Of a DNA stretch of 64,000 nucleotides, positions 1 to 14,339 are shown piece after piece. The position numbers were made by a program, and so were the translations under genes. The notes beneath the pieces were generated by a model, which was not told where the DNA came from, did no database searches, and saw nothing but the letters and a program-made list of their open reading frames with translations. The stretch's first letter is position 1; the number at the start of each line of letters is the position of its first letter. Source of the DNA: the human T2T-CHM13v2.0 reference genome, Homo sapiens. The stretch lies in NCBI RefSeq assembly GCF_009914755.1, contig NC_060932.1; one strand, 5' to 3'.

Positions 1-473
1 ATGACTTTGATAGGGCTCAGTCGTTGCCGAGTCTACTGACTCTGAAACTGACTTGAAATTCTCAGATAAAATATATTTACAAAATAGACGTTTGTATGTT
101 TGTATGTACACTGATATATATGTTCAGTGGTTCTTGGTGGCTCCTGACTCTCTGTCACTACACTGATATGAAATATTAGAGTAAATGCTCTCAAAATGTC
201 TAGAGCTGTCATGACATTTTAATACTCTTATTTTCAAACATGTTAAAAATTTCAACTTGATTTTTTAAAAATTTCCTTGGCAAATTTATCATGCCAGTTA
301 GTTTCCAATAAAAGGAAATGCTAAAATACCAATAAAGCATTCCCATTAATGCAATGTTCAGGCAAAATGAAAGATGGAACTTTTAATGAAATTATTAATA
401 AATGTCATTATGCCAATAGTAAACACCAGTATTCTCTAGCATTGAATTAATATTTTAATTAAATATTAAATTA

Positions 474-880
<407 letters not shown>

Positions 881-2075
881 AAAGGAATTGTCAAAAATGA
901 AAGCAACGATTATTTAACATGATAGAAGGGCATCTTCAAAATGGGTTACGCTTATGAATATACATATGAAATATACATATAAAATGCTGACAAAAGAATA
1001 TTAAGAAAGAAATCTTTATTAAAACATAAAACTTTAAAAATTATACTTACTAAAATCAGGACTGTGTTCTTACAGTTGCTGGGCATCTTTATGATTAAAA
1101 CTATACTAAAATGCTACAATGAGTATTCTTGGTATCTATATTTAGAATTGTTTTTAAATGTTGACCAGGGGAACATTATAAATGATCACACTGTTGAAAA
1201 TTGGTCCTGTCTTCTCCAATTTATCTACCTAAATTTTATCGACAGAGAAGGTTCTTAAATCACTACCTGGTGTAAGGAAGCACTAATTGAATTCCATACA
1301 ACAAATGTGTCACCAACCAAATGTGTCTGGGTCAGAAATAAGTGTCGACGTGCCAAACACCATGTTAAACACAACAAATGCTTTATCTTATTTCTACAGG
1401 TGCACATTTTACCAAAACCCTCACCCATGACACTAAAATCATTGTCTGACCTTCCACTTTTATGATTGTGTTACAGCATCTTAAAAGCATTTTTAAACTA
1501 TATAAATGAGTGTTGTGTACATGTATATATACTTACACAAATATACACATATATAATATTAAATATATATAAGTAAAATATATAAATGAATATTGCTAAA
1601 TGCTAAGTCATTAAGCATTGAACAACACTATAATTGAAGAACAGATGCTCACTCTTTTTCCTCTGTATCCACCTTGTATAAAAAGAAAGCTAACATTACA
1701 GCAGTCCCCATTTATCTATGAAGGATATATTCCAAGTCCCCCAGTGGGTGCCTGAAACTGCAGGTAGTAACAAACCCTCTATATGCTATGTTTTTTCTTA
1801 TCCATACGGACCTAAGATACAGTTTATAAATTAGGCACAGTAGGAGATTAACAACAGTGACTAATAATACAGGGGAACAATTATAAAAATATGCGGCAAT
1901 AAAAGGTATGCAGAATGTGCTGTCTCTCAAAATATCTTATTGTGCTGTACTCACACTCCTTCTGGTGCTGATAGGAGACCATATGATGCCTACATGATAA
2001 GATGGATTGGGGTGAATGACACAGACACTGTGAGGTAGCAGTTAAGCTAGCATTGCCCTTCTGATGATATATCTG

Positions 2076-2525
2076 TGTGATGGTTAATACTGAGTGTCAA
2101 CTTGATTGGATTGAAGGATGCAAAGTATTGATCCTGGGTGTGTCTGTGTGGGTGTTGCCAAAGGAGATTAACATTTGAGTCCGTGGGATGGGGAAGGCAG
2201 ACCCATTCTTAATCTGGTGGGCATCATCTAATCAGCTGCCAGCGAATATAAAGCAGGCATAAAAATGTGAAAAGGAGAGGCTGGCCTAACCTCCCAGCCT
2301 ATGTCTTTCTCTCGTGCCAGATGTTTCCTGCTCTTGAACATCAGCCTCCAAGTTCTTCAGTTTTGAGAGTTGGACTGGCTCTCCTTGCTCCTCAAGCTTG
2401 CAGACAGCCTACTGTGGGACCTTGTGGTTGTGTAAGTTAATACTCAGTGAACTCCCCTTTATATATGTATCCTATTAGTTCTGTCCTTCTAGAGAACCCT
2501 GACTAAGGGAACCCTGATTAATACA
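2076..2525 (+). mobile_element. MLT2A (HERV-L) solo LTR nested in Tigger7
   Basis: TGTGATGGTTAATACTGAGTGTCAACTTGATTGG...TAATACA; exact 5-bp TSD ATCTG at 2071-2075 and 2526-2530. Confidence 0.93.
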
Positions 2526-2663
2526 ATCTGCTTTCCATGACCCAGAATCATGGAGCCATGATAATGTCAATTTTTTAGATGCCAGGAGCAGACAATGTCA
2601 ATGGTTGGGGCTCCTCAACAGTTAAAGGATTGTTCCCTGAAACCTTTTGGAAGACCATTGTGA

Positions 2664-4242
2664 TCAGAAGTTATCATCTCTTTTTAACTCATCAAACTGT
2701 TGCTTTGCTGGTTGTAATCTTTTGCTGATCGTAAGTGTGATATTAACGCTGTGTTCCATTCTGAGATTGTACGTCATAATTTTGCCATTTAATGTGTGCA
2801 ATTTGAAGGACTTTGGCAAATTTTGGCAATGTCCACATGGCTGGTTCTGCTTCCATTTCTTCTTCCTCTTCCTGTTTCTCTGTAGATTACTCAACAAGTT
2901 CTTCCAATTCCTCATTCATTAGTGCTTCTCCATGGCCCTCAACATGTTCTTCCACTTCTTCAAGTATGTTGGCAAATCCCTCTTCATCAACTTGGTTTCC
3001 TGCATGAATGATTTTCCTAACTTCTCCACCAATCCTTTGAAGACTTTAAAAGGATTCACAGTGTCATTGCATAAGTTCTTCCAGCAGGCATTTACAGTTT
3101 CTGGTTTTAATTCATCCATTGCAGCTTTGAGGAATGTTATTGAACCAGCAATAGTGAATAACTTTCCGCATTAAGGTCTTCACCAATTGCTGGTCACATG
3201 TAATCAAAGACCAGCTGGGTGAATGTGGCTTTGACAAATCACGTGATGTCTCAATCAAGGGACTGAAGCAATGAGCCAGTATTTGAAAGTAAAAATACAA
3301 CTTGGCATTTTTATTTTCATAGGCAACACATTCAGATGGCCAGGTGCATTCTCTATTATTAATAGGACTTTAAATCTCAGCCCTTCATTTTCCAAGTTTT
3401 TTTTGTTTTGTTTTGTTTTGTTAGTTCTGGGGTGAAACATTGGTGCAAAGATTCCATAAAGAAGACGGCTGTCATCCACGCTTTCTGATTACGTTGCCAG
3501 AACATGGGCAGGAAATTTTTGGTTTCATTTTTGAGAGCATGTGGGTTCTTTGCTCTGTGCCTGCATCCAGCTTCATCACCTGTCTCGCAATGTTGCTGCC
3601 CAGGTTCAAGGTGAGTGTGTCCTTCCGTGTTTGACGCCCTGGTGCTCCTTTGCACTTCAGAAATGTAGGTCCTACTGGGCATTTCCTTCCAGAGGAGCCC
3701 CAGTTGCAGCACAGTTGAAGTCTTGCTTTGGATGGTATTCTTTCTTTTGAGTTAACTTCTTCATCTCTGCTGTAAATGTGGCAGCAGCTTCTTCATCAGC
3801 AGACATGACCTCTCCAGTAATGTTTGGTTTTTTCAGTCCAAACTTACTTCTGAATTTGTACAACCATGCTTTCCTTGCAGACAATGGCCTTGCTGAAATT
3901 TTCATATGGGCTCGATGCTTTCTGACACAAACATTACTGTCAGGTGGAATACATTTCCTGTTCTTATCTTCCACCCATGAGTTTCACTAAGAACTTATCA
4001 CTCACTGCGGCCATGACTTTTGCAGTCTGATGTGTGACAGCAAAATCAGCCTGGATTTATTTCCGATTCCTTCACAATTTCATGGATAGAAAATTCACTT
4101 ACCATAGATTTTAGCAACCTCAGCATATATTTTTTTCTTATTAAATCAAGAAATTTCACTTTTTCATTTAAAAGAAGCACTTATGGCTTCTATTTGGCAT
4201 ATCTGAATTGCCAGCATCATTACTCTAGTGCTATGGGGCCAT
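2664..4242 (-). pseudogene. Degenerate pogo/Tigger (CENP-B-like HTH + DDE) transposase
   Basis: ATG at 4242 then a stop at codon 4 (ATG GCC CCA TAG); fragments in different frames: WLYKFRSKFGL (HTH), GLLWKEMPSRTYIS, WQRNQKAWMT, KVLLIIENAPGH, PETVNACWKNL. Confidence 0.88.
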
Positions 4243-4334
4243 TATCAAGTAAAATAAGGGTGACTTGAACAGGAATACTGCAGTGCCAGGACAGGAGGTG
4301 TGATTGTCGAGACAGACATTCGGTGACTCACAGG

Positions 4335-4423
4335 CGTGTGTGGTACGTGGCGTGGATCTGCTGCCGTGTGTGGTACGTGGCGTGGATCTGCTGCCGTGTG
4401 TGGTACGTGGTGTGGATCTGCTG
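4335..4423 (+). repeat. 30-bp tandem repeat x3 (CGTGTGTGGTACGTGGCGTGGATCTGCTGC)
   Basis: Three near-identical copies, one internal C>T in the third. Confidence 0.97.
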
Positions 4424-5299
4424 GGCATAGGGATGATTTATGTCCTGGGTTGGACAGGATGGGATGGTGTGAGATTTCATCGGGCTGCTCAGAACAGCAC
4501 ACAGTGTAAAGCATGTGAATTGTTTATTTCAGGAATTTTCCATTTAATATTTATAGATATTTGGCAGACCACGCAGAAGGAAACCATGCAAAGCAAAACT
4601 CTGGACGGGAAGGACTGCTGTAGCAATAAGGCATGGACATGCCCTGTGCAAAGTTAGTGGCAAGAGCCATTCTTAAACCGGGGAAAGAAGGCGCTATTGT
4701 TACATGTAGTTATCACTGGAACCAAAGGTGGATGGGGGACTGTGATAGAAAACGTGGGTCTGGTTTTGGTTCTGCTGATAGATAACTGCGAGATATTTCC
4801 TGTATCTTTGAATTTTTATGGCTTTAATTACTTTGTTTTTAAAATGAGGATATCAGAGAAGATGGAGAAAGATTTTCCAAGACTGACTTATTTACACAAA
4901 ACAGTGATAAAATCTTAAGGAATTATAGGTAGCTACCTAAGGGCATAGGAGAATGATAAAATTATAAACTTCGATGGGGAGTGCACACTTAGAAGAGGAG
5001 GGTACCAAGGTCCTCTTTAAGGGCATTTAACCCTGTGCTAAGGGCAGTTGACATGTATGAGTTGGCAAGACAACTAACAGAAAACTTACTGAGGCCTTTC
5101 TGCCTAGAAAAACCTGAAAATGGATATTGGGGAATGCATGAGTTCTAGAGAGAGTGGTGAAATCCTGTACATAAAAGATACAGACAGAGTTCCCAAACTC
5201 TCCAAAAGTTGTCAGTGACTGATCATGGAAAAATGCATGGGTGAAAAAACTCAAGGCAGTTCAATTAAAGCTGGAATATCTAAATTGAGACTAGAGCCG

Positions 5300-5720
5300 C
5301 CACCTAAGGTTTTTCAGTTCAAGTTCAGTTAAGATTATCATTCATAAAACCAAATAATCAACAGGCATAAGATGAAAAGAACAAAAGTAAATCCTCCCAA
5401 TTTAACCACCACAATGTCTAAGATACAATCCAAAATTATCTGGCATGTAAAGAACTAACACAATAGAATATATTTTCCGTAGAAAATAAAATGGACCTAA
5501 ATTCAGATGTTGAAATAAGGCAGACAAGGATTTTAAAGAGGTTATTCTAATTTGTATTTAATGAAGTAAAAGAAACTGTGCTTTCAATGAATGAATAGGA
5601 AATCTCAACACAGTAATAGAACTGGAAAAATGCAGAGTCTGACTTAGAAAATAAGAAAATTATTAGATAGATTTAGCAGCCAAAGGGAGGTGATAGAGAA
5701 AAAAAAATGTGTGGAATACA
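5300..5720 (+). mobile_element. Ancient L1M ORF1-region fragment
   Basis: A-rich with L1M ORF1-like CAGATGTTGAAATAAGGCAGACAAGGATTTTAAA; highly diverged. Confidence 0.55.
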
Positions 5721-5929
5721 TAGTACTGTCTCAGCCAAAATAGTGATATGAAATGTTCCAGAAATGTGGTAAATGTGGTTAAAGGTTAGTTTGTGGTGGG
5801 ACTCAGGCAGAATAATTTTAGGAAAAAATATATATGAAGATTCACGATCTAGAAATCCATTTCCATAATATCACCCATATCACCTCCCTTTGTGAACCTC
5901 ACGTACATTTTTAAACATAGATTTAGATA

Positions 5930-6105
5930 GGGGTGGGCGTAGTATGTCCTAGAAGGCAGGTCCCATCTGTAGGCTGTTGCTGTACAGCCCTCAGGCTAAG
6001 AATTCTTTTTACATTGTTAAGTCCTATCTATTTATTTAATGTGACAGTTAATACGCAGACAACAAAACCTAAATTATTGACTATGTGGCCCTTTAAAAAA
6101 TGACT
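5930..6105 (+). mobile_element. MER58-like hAT-Charlie fragment
   Basis: GCTAAGAATTCTTTTTACATT and AAACCTAAATTATTGACTATGTGGCCCTTTA resemble MER58. Confidence 0.55.
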
Positions 6106-6672
6106 TTGATAATATCCAGCACCTTTTGGTTATAAAACTCTTCGTTTTTGGAGAATAGACAATTCCAAAGGTTATATGTATTCAGAATAGAAATGCTGAA
6201 AAATTTTCGTCATATAAGAGAGGACCCGGGGTATAGGGTAAGAGGAAAAGCGAGCTGAGCTGTGGCTCCGAGATGCCTCTGTATTCACGGCGAGATTGTC
6301 GTGGGGGTCTGACCAATAATGCCGGGAGGAGATGCTGCAATCAGAGTCTTCCATGTGAGGGAAGAGATCCAAATTCCCCGGGAGGAGGCTTGGGTAATGC
6401 TGGCAATGAGGTGACTCAGTGCACTGCATGGCCTTTTTGGTAGGAAGATCAATGCAGATTCATATTTTCAGTGATAATTCGAATGCACACAAATAACAAA
6501 CTACTTAAGAAGCTTTTTGGTTTACTTATCATTTGTATGGCTAGATCATTCCCTGGCTCTTATTAGCACAGAATAAAATGGTTTTCAAAAAAATAAATAA
6601 ATGGTCAGAAGTCAATCAACTGGCATCAAAGTATTAATATTCAATAACAGATAGTTATCTTTCATAATCCTA

Positions 6673-6980
6673 TTTTATTTATTATTATTATTTTGAAACA
6701 GAGTTTTGCTCTTATTACATAGGCTGGGGTGCAATGGAGAGATCTCGGCTCACTACAACCTCCCCCCTCTCCGGGTTCAAGCGATTCTCCTGCCTCAGCC
6801 TCTTGAGTAGCTGGGATTACAGTCACCCGCCACCACACCTGGCTAATTTTTGGTATTTTTAGTAGAGATGGGGTTTCACCATGTTAGCCAGGCTGGTCTG
6901 GAACACCTGACATCAGGTAATCCACCTGCCTCAGTCTCCCAAAAGGCTGGGATTACAGGGGTGAGCCACTGTGCCCAGCC
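6673..6980 (-). mobile_element. Alu (AluS)
   Basis: Full reverse Alu; TSD A(T/C)AATCCTATTTTA on both sides. Confidence 0.95.
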
Positions 6981-7629
6981 ACAATCCTATTTTATATGTA
7001 GCAAAATTTAAAGGGATATTTACAATGTCTAATAGTTCTTAGTTCTCATAAACCAAGTGTGTTACAGTCTACCTTTATTACATTTTCCATTTGCTTTTGA
7101 TATGCAGGGACTACAGATTGTGAATGGAAAAATATCTTTTTGTCATCTTTATCGAATCACGGTTTGCAACTATTTTGTATGCCCCTGTAGATTTGATGAC
7201 CCCCTTATTTGGAAGAATGCTTTTGGCGAATTGATTGGTTTGATGTGATAGTCTCTGTGATTTTAATAGAGTTATTTAGGAACCTGTTTTGTTTAATTTC
7301 ATCTACTGAATATTGCCTAACACCAAGTATAGGGGCACACATATGTAATTTAACCAAAGATAAATGTTTGACAACCTAAAATATTGCAACAAAAAATTGT
7401 AATTAATTGCTTAATATAAATTACAATTAATTTGACATTGAAAATATTTTAAGTTATTTTTGCAATTGGTAGAGGACACTGATGACTTTTACTTTCTCTT
7501 CATTGACAATGAGGTCCAATGTGGCTAAGACTGTGACTTCGTTTTGCTGATATACTTTGCACAAATATTCCATTCAGAAACACTTGCTAACATACTTGAA
7601 AATATTCTTTTCAAAGATATTTTAAGCTA

Positions 7630-7766
7630 GGACTGGTGTGGTGGCTCATGCCTGTAATTCCAGCACTTTGGGAGGCTGAGGCAGGCGTATCACTTGAGTT
7701 CAGGATTTCAAGACCAGCCCGGGCAACATGGCGAAACCCCCTCTCTATAAACAAAAAGAAAAAAAA
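7630..7766 (+). mobile_element. FLAM (free left Alu monomer)
   Basis: Single left arm with A tail; degenerate TSD AAGATAT(T/G)TTAA. Confidence 0.88.
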
Positions 7767-7865
7767 TAAGATATGTTAAACTTGACCTTCATGGAAGACA
7801 GTGAATAATTATGACATTTTAATTCTCTAGACTGCATTATAGTATATTTTAATTGCATTCTTTGA

Positions 7866-8243
<378 letters not shown>

Positions 8244-9619
8244 TCCATTCCTACTTCTTTATATTGTAATGTGAGAATTTGAGATTCATTATTAACCAAA
8301 GAATTCAGTAAAATGCTTTCCTTGGGCACGTTAGCAGCATCCACGGTAGCAACCACACCAACAATGTCATACACCAGACTGCAGCTCAAGGGAAGCCATG
8401 TCCTTGCACTTGATCACAAGTCCCAGCAGCTTTCTTAACTTCCAAAGACTGAACTTGGGACATGTGGAGCTCAAGCAGCAATTTTCATTAAAAAATTTAA
8501 CAGAGAGCTCTTCCGTAGATATGCCAGTTCTTGGTCTTGCACGCATTCATTTGTTGTAGATTAGGAATGTGTATATTATATGCACTTAAGAAAAAAATCT
8601 AAAGAAAAATACATTCTCAAGCGGAATCAGAGAGGGTTTCCTGAGTAGATTCTCGTTATTAAAATTGCCACATGCAGATTATATAATTTATATGCATGTA
8701 TCAAAAGTATAATTTACTATCACGGTGGAATGCCTCAAAACTTTAAAAAGTATGACTTTGAAGAGAATGAAAGGAGTTTTGACTCTGCAGAAAATAACAT
8801 GAATAATTCGACAGAAGCTGTAAATTACTCCCATTTTTCACTGAGCTTTTGCATTAAAATAGGCAAATTAGATTCTACACTTTTTCCCCTACACAGATGG
8901 AAAATATGACCACTAAATTCATATCGTTTTAACTAGTGTCATCCCCCAGTGATTAAGATGTGCCTTCTTCAAGCATCAAAACACAGGCTGAAACGTGGAG
9001 TTTCCAGAGAGAAGATTTTTCCTGGTCTCATAAACAAAAATGACTGTAACTTCTGTAATAAGAACACATCATGACAAATATGTCTTTTCAAAGGTAATGG
9101 CAGACCCAGGGAAGCATTGCAAGAAAGGAACATCAAAATGTGTGAAAATCATGCTGCATCTTTTTTATTTCTGGGAAATAATAATCTGCAAAAAATAATA
9201 ACAACTTTAAGCTTAACTATTGGTATCATTTTAAAACAAATTCAAAAAATAACACCGCTAGTCCAAGTGGTTCCTGTGCTATTTGAAAATAGACATCGCA
9301 GGCAGAGCAGGTGCTGGTGCAGGCTGGGTTGCCAGCCCGGCCCAGGTGGGTGCGAGGGCATCCTGTCTCCATGGCTCAACGGAGGCGCCTCCAGCTAAAA
9401 GGACAGCCAGGGAATGCACCATGGACAGGTCAGTGAGTCCCAAGGCACAGTGCAAGGGAAGCTTCAAAAAGTATACCACTGAACTACTTTCTGCCTTGCA
9501 ATCAGAAAGACAGACATCTCAGACCTCATCCTGTGTTTCAAGGTGGCGGTTTGGGAAGGGACTGGTTCATTCGAAGCTGTCTGCCACGGGGGCTTCTGGG
9601 GGACAGACACTGAGAGGTT

Positions 9620-9830
9620 CACTTCACATGGAGAATCTGGGCCTTTGTGCAGCCACTCACCAGCTGCGGACTCTTCGCCAAGCTGCTCAGCCTGGTCGTG
9701 CCTCAGTTGCTTCCTCTGTAAAACAGGAGCAATGATGGTGCTTGCCTCTTAGGTTTGTCTTGAGAAGCACATTAAGCTGATTTTTGCCGCTCCACAGTTA
9801 ACAGCAGAGCCTGACAGATGGAAGGATGAG
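9620..9830 (+). mobile_element. MIR
   Basis: Core GTGCCTCAGTTGCTTCCTCTGTAAAACAGGAGCAATGATG. Confidence 0.7.
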
Positions 9831-10017
9831 GTGGGCTATTTAGGCTACGTGTGTTTGCTAAAGAAACTAAACAGACTCCACAGAAGAGCCATTTGCACCC
9901 CTCTGTCTTAAACACCCTTATGGGACGTATATCCTACCCTCTGTCAGAAACCAGTATCAAGATTTCTCAATATGAAACACAGTGCCAGGGCCAGAAGTCA
10001 GAAATAAGGCTGAAATT

Positions 10018-10356
10018 GGGCGGGCACGGTGGCTCACGCCTGTGATCCCAGCATTTTGGGAGGCTGAGGTGGGTGGATCACGAGGTCTAGAGTTCAAGAC
10101 AAGCCTGGAAAATATGGTGAAACCCCGTCTCTACTGAAAATACAAAAATTAGCTGGGCATGGTGGTGGGCGCCTGTAATCCCAACTACTTGGGAGGCTGA
10201 GGCAGGGAACCGCTTGAACCCAGGAGGTAGAACTTGCAGTGAGCCAAGATCATGCGCCACTGCACTCCAGCATGGGAGAAAGAGCAAGACACTGTTTCAA
10301 AGAAAAAAATAATAAAGAAAGAAATAAAAAATAATAAAATAATAAATAAATAAAAA
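10018..10356 (+). mobile_element. Alu (AluS)
   Basis: Full Alu with patterned A tail. Confidence 0.95.
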
Positions 10357-11739
10357 CACCAAGACTGAGATTTCTTAACTATTTTAGGGCCATTCATTTT
10401 AACACTGTCTCTCCAAACTTTTCAAGGAGCACAGTAAGTTTCGGGCACAACCCCTTTGTGCCCCATTATAATCTATGAGGAATTTAATAAAATTCTATTT
10501 ATTTGGTTCTACTATAATGAAAATTAACATTTTTTATTTACACGAGGCTTCGTTAAATTTAATCACATCATATAGCTATTTCAAGAAGATTCTCTATAAA
10601 TACACACATATAAGCCCTCAGTACCATCCAACTAAGAATATCTACTGGATTACTGGATTTCTTTCTTTCTTTTTTTTTTTTCTGGAATTGGGGTCAACAT
10701 TTCATTCCATAAAATAGGATGTGTGTTCCTGACAACTGAATGGTTTCTGTTTTCCCATTGTTTGTTTGCATTCTTTGTGTTATTTCTTGGCACGTGGAAA
10801 ACAGAAGAATAAAAGGAAATTTTCAAGGTTTAAAAACAGTTATTGAAAGGAAAATGTAGAGTAGAAAGTGTTTCCACACTTGAGTTGATCAAAGGAAAAG
10901 TCAGGATTGGGAGGGAAATGGAAAGGCATGAAGAGGAGAGAGAGCTGTCACGTATTCCATGCGCAAGTCAGCAGCATTCATGGAACAACCACACCACTTG
11001 GGGAGGGAGGTGGAGAGAAGAGGAGTGGCTCTGGCTGAATGAGTCTGGGCGTGTGCAGAAACGGACAGGAAGGGGCACCCTGGCAGGCAACACCAGTGCT
11101 CGGGAAGGGCATGAAGACTTAATGTGGCTACTGGGGCTGTCGACAGAAGTTTATTCATGAGATTAGTTAGTTAAATCAATGAGAATCAGTGACTTCTTCC
11201 AGGGCTAGCAGAGGTAAAGGAGAAGTCAATATATTAAATGAGCCACAACCATATCACCAAATGCAAACAGAGCGGGCATGGCTGTGGTAATGAGACAAAC
11301 ACTAATATGCAGCTGAGATTCCAAAATATTTTCTCTGTGTTGAACAAGCAGTAGTGATGGTGGGTAGGGGGGCCATCCGGAGTGATCTTGAGCCTGGATG
11401 GATGCACCCAGGCTCGGCCTTAATGAGTAGGTGGCCTGCAGGATGAGGCACAGGAAGCTTGGAATGATTCTGTAAACAGAAATTCTTCATAGTGAGAGAA
11501 ATAGCATGAGCCTCATAAGGGCAACTTTCAACCAAAATAGGGTGTCGGCTGTGGTTACCTTGAATGCTTTCAAACGACCATTAAACATTTTACCATATTC
11601 AGGAGGGTTTCCATTTTTTGGCATAGTTAAGGAGTTGCATTAAAACAAAGAAAGGAAGAAAAAGGAACTTCCAATTTGTTAATAGGTTTATTTCAGTACC
11701 AAAACTTTCTTTAACAGCCATTTGATTAGCTTCATAGAA

Positions 11740-12080
11740 TTATATTTTATAATTAAATGTACCTATACTAAGTGTAGAGTGAGGGGACATTCTAATGAAT
11801 ATTCATATCCATATAACCACATGTCAATCAAGAAATAAAACATTTCCATAATTTCAAAATGTTCTCATGCCCCTTCTCCCAGCTCCTGCGCAAATACTGA
11901 TCAGCTTTCTGGTACTGTATTTGAGCTTTTTGTCTTTTCTAGGATTTCTATATAGATAGTATCATTGAGCATGTTTTACTTCATGCCTAACTTGTATTAT
12001 TCAGCATAAGATTTTGGTATGACCTTTGTCATTGTGTATTGGTGGTGTGTTTACTTTATTGTAGAGCAGTAATCCAGTCC
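11740..12080 (-). mobile_element. Old L1M (MB/ME-type) 3' fragment
   Basis: ATCAAGAAATAAAACATTTCCAT...TATTCAGCATAAG...TTTATTGTAGAGCAGTAATCCA typical of reverse L1M 3' ends. Confidence 0.65.
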
Positions 12081-12224
12081 CTAGATAATCATTTACATAG
12101 TATTCTTTCTGAAATGTGCTGAATTTTACTTGAGTACCTAAAATGTGCTTGCCATATTCTGTATCTTCAGAATATGCAAAATAAATAAATAAATAAATAA
12201 ATAAACAAACAAACCTCTAAAGCA

Positions 12225-12550
<326 letters not shown>

Positions 12551-12854
12551 TTAGTTAAACTTGACCCTTAGCATAAAATAAGATTTTCATTGTGATGTCA
12601 AGTAAATATATACATACATATAAATATGTAATTATAAACATATAATCATATAAACATATACATAAACACAAAAGGGCTTATATAATTGAAAAATCTTACC
12701 AAACCATCACAACCTTTGTTATTTAAAGTACTCTGTATGTTGATCTATTCTATTCTGTCGCAAAAACAAATGATGGTTGTGAACCTCTATAATGTTTTCG
12801 AAACCCATTGATGGGTTATGGTGCACCATTTGAAAAATACTGATTTACAATACC

Positions 12855-13192
12855 TTTTATTTTTAATTTTTTTTAACTTTTGTTTTAAGTTCAGGGGTAA
12901 AAGCAGGTTCGTTACATAGGTAAACTTGTGTCATGGGGGTCTGTGGTAGAGATTATTTCATCACCCTGCTATTAACCCTAGTACCCATTAGTTATTTAAT
13001 ATTTTTCCTGATCCCTTCCCTTCTCCCACTCTCCACCCTCCAAAATGCCCCAGTGTGTGTTGTTCCCCTCTATGTGTCCATGTGTTCTAATTATTTAGCT
13101 CCCACTTAGAAGTGAGAACGTTCGGTATTTGGTTTTCTGTTCCTGCACTAGTTTGCTAAGGATAATGGCCTCCGCCTCCATCCACGTCCCTG
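12855..13192 (-). mobile_element. L1PA (older, ~PA13-like) 3' end
   Basis: GTTACATAGGTAAACTTGTGTCATGGGGG...CTCCCACTTAGAAGTGAGAAC; ORF2 C-terminal FSGTWMEAEAIILSKL. Confidence 0.88.
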
Positions 13193-13388
13193 AGAAGCAA
13201 GTGATCTCACCAATAGCTCCAGTGATAACTAGGCCCTTGTCCTGCTGCCCACAGCCTTGCATTCCTGAGCTACTGAGAATTTGCTGGGTATCAAAGCCAT
13301 CCAATCATTATGCTATTAGATGAAACTCTCCTTCTTCTTCCTTGCATCGGGTGATCTATTTTCATCCACTCAGTAAAAACTACCTTTC

Positions 13389-13774
13389 CCATATGGTTAG
13401 GCTTTGTGTCCCTACACAAAATCTCATCTGGAATTGTAATGCCCATCACCCCATAATCCCCACATGTCAAGGGCAGGACCGAGTGGAAGTGATTGGATCA
13501 TGGGGGTGGTTCCCCCCGTGCTGTTCTCGTGATAGTGACTGAGTCTTACGAGATCTGATGGTTTTAGAAGCCTCTGGCATCTCCCCTGCTTGTGCTCATC
13601 CACCCCGCCAGCCTGTGAAGAAGATGCCTGCTTCTCCTTTGTCTTCCGCCATGATTGTGAGTTTCCTGAGGCCTCCCCAGCCATGCGGAACTGTGGGTCA
13701 ATTAAATCTCTTCCCTTTATAAATTACCCAGTTTCGGGTATTTCTTAATAGCAGTGAAGGAATGGACGAATACA
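13389..13774 (+). mobile_element. THE1 (THE1D-like) MaLR solo LTR
   Basis: ATATGGTTAGGCTTTGTGTCCC...AATACA; TSD CTTTC both sides. Confidence 0.9.
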
Positions 13775-14339
13775 CTTTCCTACTCTTTTGCCTCACTTGA
13801 AGTATAATCCTTTGAGTTGTCAGTCTGTCTTACAATTTTTTATTTGGGGAATGTTTTGCAGGCTCCTGTTCCAATCTGAACCTTTGTTACATGCAGTTAT
13901 GGTTGCAAAGTGTCTGAACTGTAGACACATCTGATGGTCATGCATATTAATTTCCTCTTTCTAAGTAAATAGCGCTGACTGCCAAGTTAGATTTTACTTT
14001 GTGTAAATAATTTTCCATTTTTTCTTCCAATATAATTTTGCATTTTAAACCTTACAGGATTCTATCCGTGTGGAGCATTTCTTACACTGTTTAGATGCCC
14101 AGAGCTAGTGAACTAAAGGAATGCATTGCATTTCAGAAAGATAAAGATTTGTGCTGTTTCCTTAATAACTTTGTGTGAATCTGATCAAGGCAAAGACCAT
14201 ATAGGATTCATTTGTTCTGTAATGTGACTCCAGGAGAATGTATGGCACACAGGAGATGCCTGGTTAATGCTGAATGAATGTATCTGGCAATGCAATTACC
14301 TTTTTATTTTCTGTCTGCTGAAATTCCTGGAGAAAATAG

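Larger units (their letters stand above)
1699..4620 (-). mobile_element. Tigger7 (MER44-family TcMar-Tigger DNA transposon), apparently full length
   Basis: Ends CAGCAGTCCC...GGACTGCTG flanked by TA at 1697-1698 and 4621-4622; termini match the MER44/Tigger7 consensus as recalled; ~2.45 kb after removing the nested LTR; transposase remnants inside. Confidence 0.9.

Noticed and set aside
2664-4242. Domesticated TIGD-type transposase gene
   Set aside because: Stop at codon 4, multiple frameshifts, a (GTTTT)n expansion and degenerate catalytic motifs
4335-4423. CRISPR-like array (30-bp repeats)
   Set aside because: No spacers, head-to-tail copies, primate context, no cas genes; the same applies to the 18-bp and 39-bp arrays
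9283-9735. 150-aa ORF and a CAG|GTCAGT donor at 9428/9
   Set aside because: Non-ATG start, runs into a MIR, no domain, no convincing acceptor
13670-13685. PRDM9 hotspot motif in THE1 LTRs
   Set aside because: None of the four sense THE1 copies has CCTCCCTNNCCAC; they read CCTCCCCAGCCAT, TCTTTCTAGCCAT, CCTCCCCAGCTAT and TTTCCCCAGGCAT
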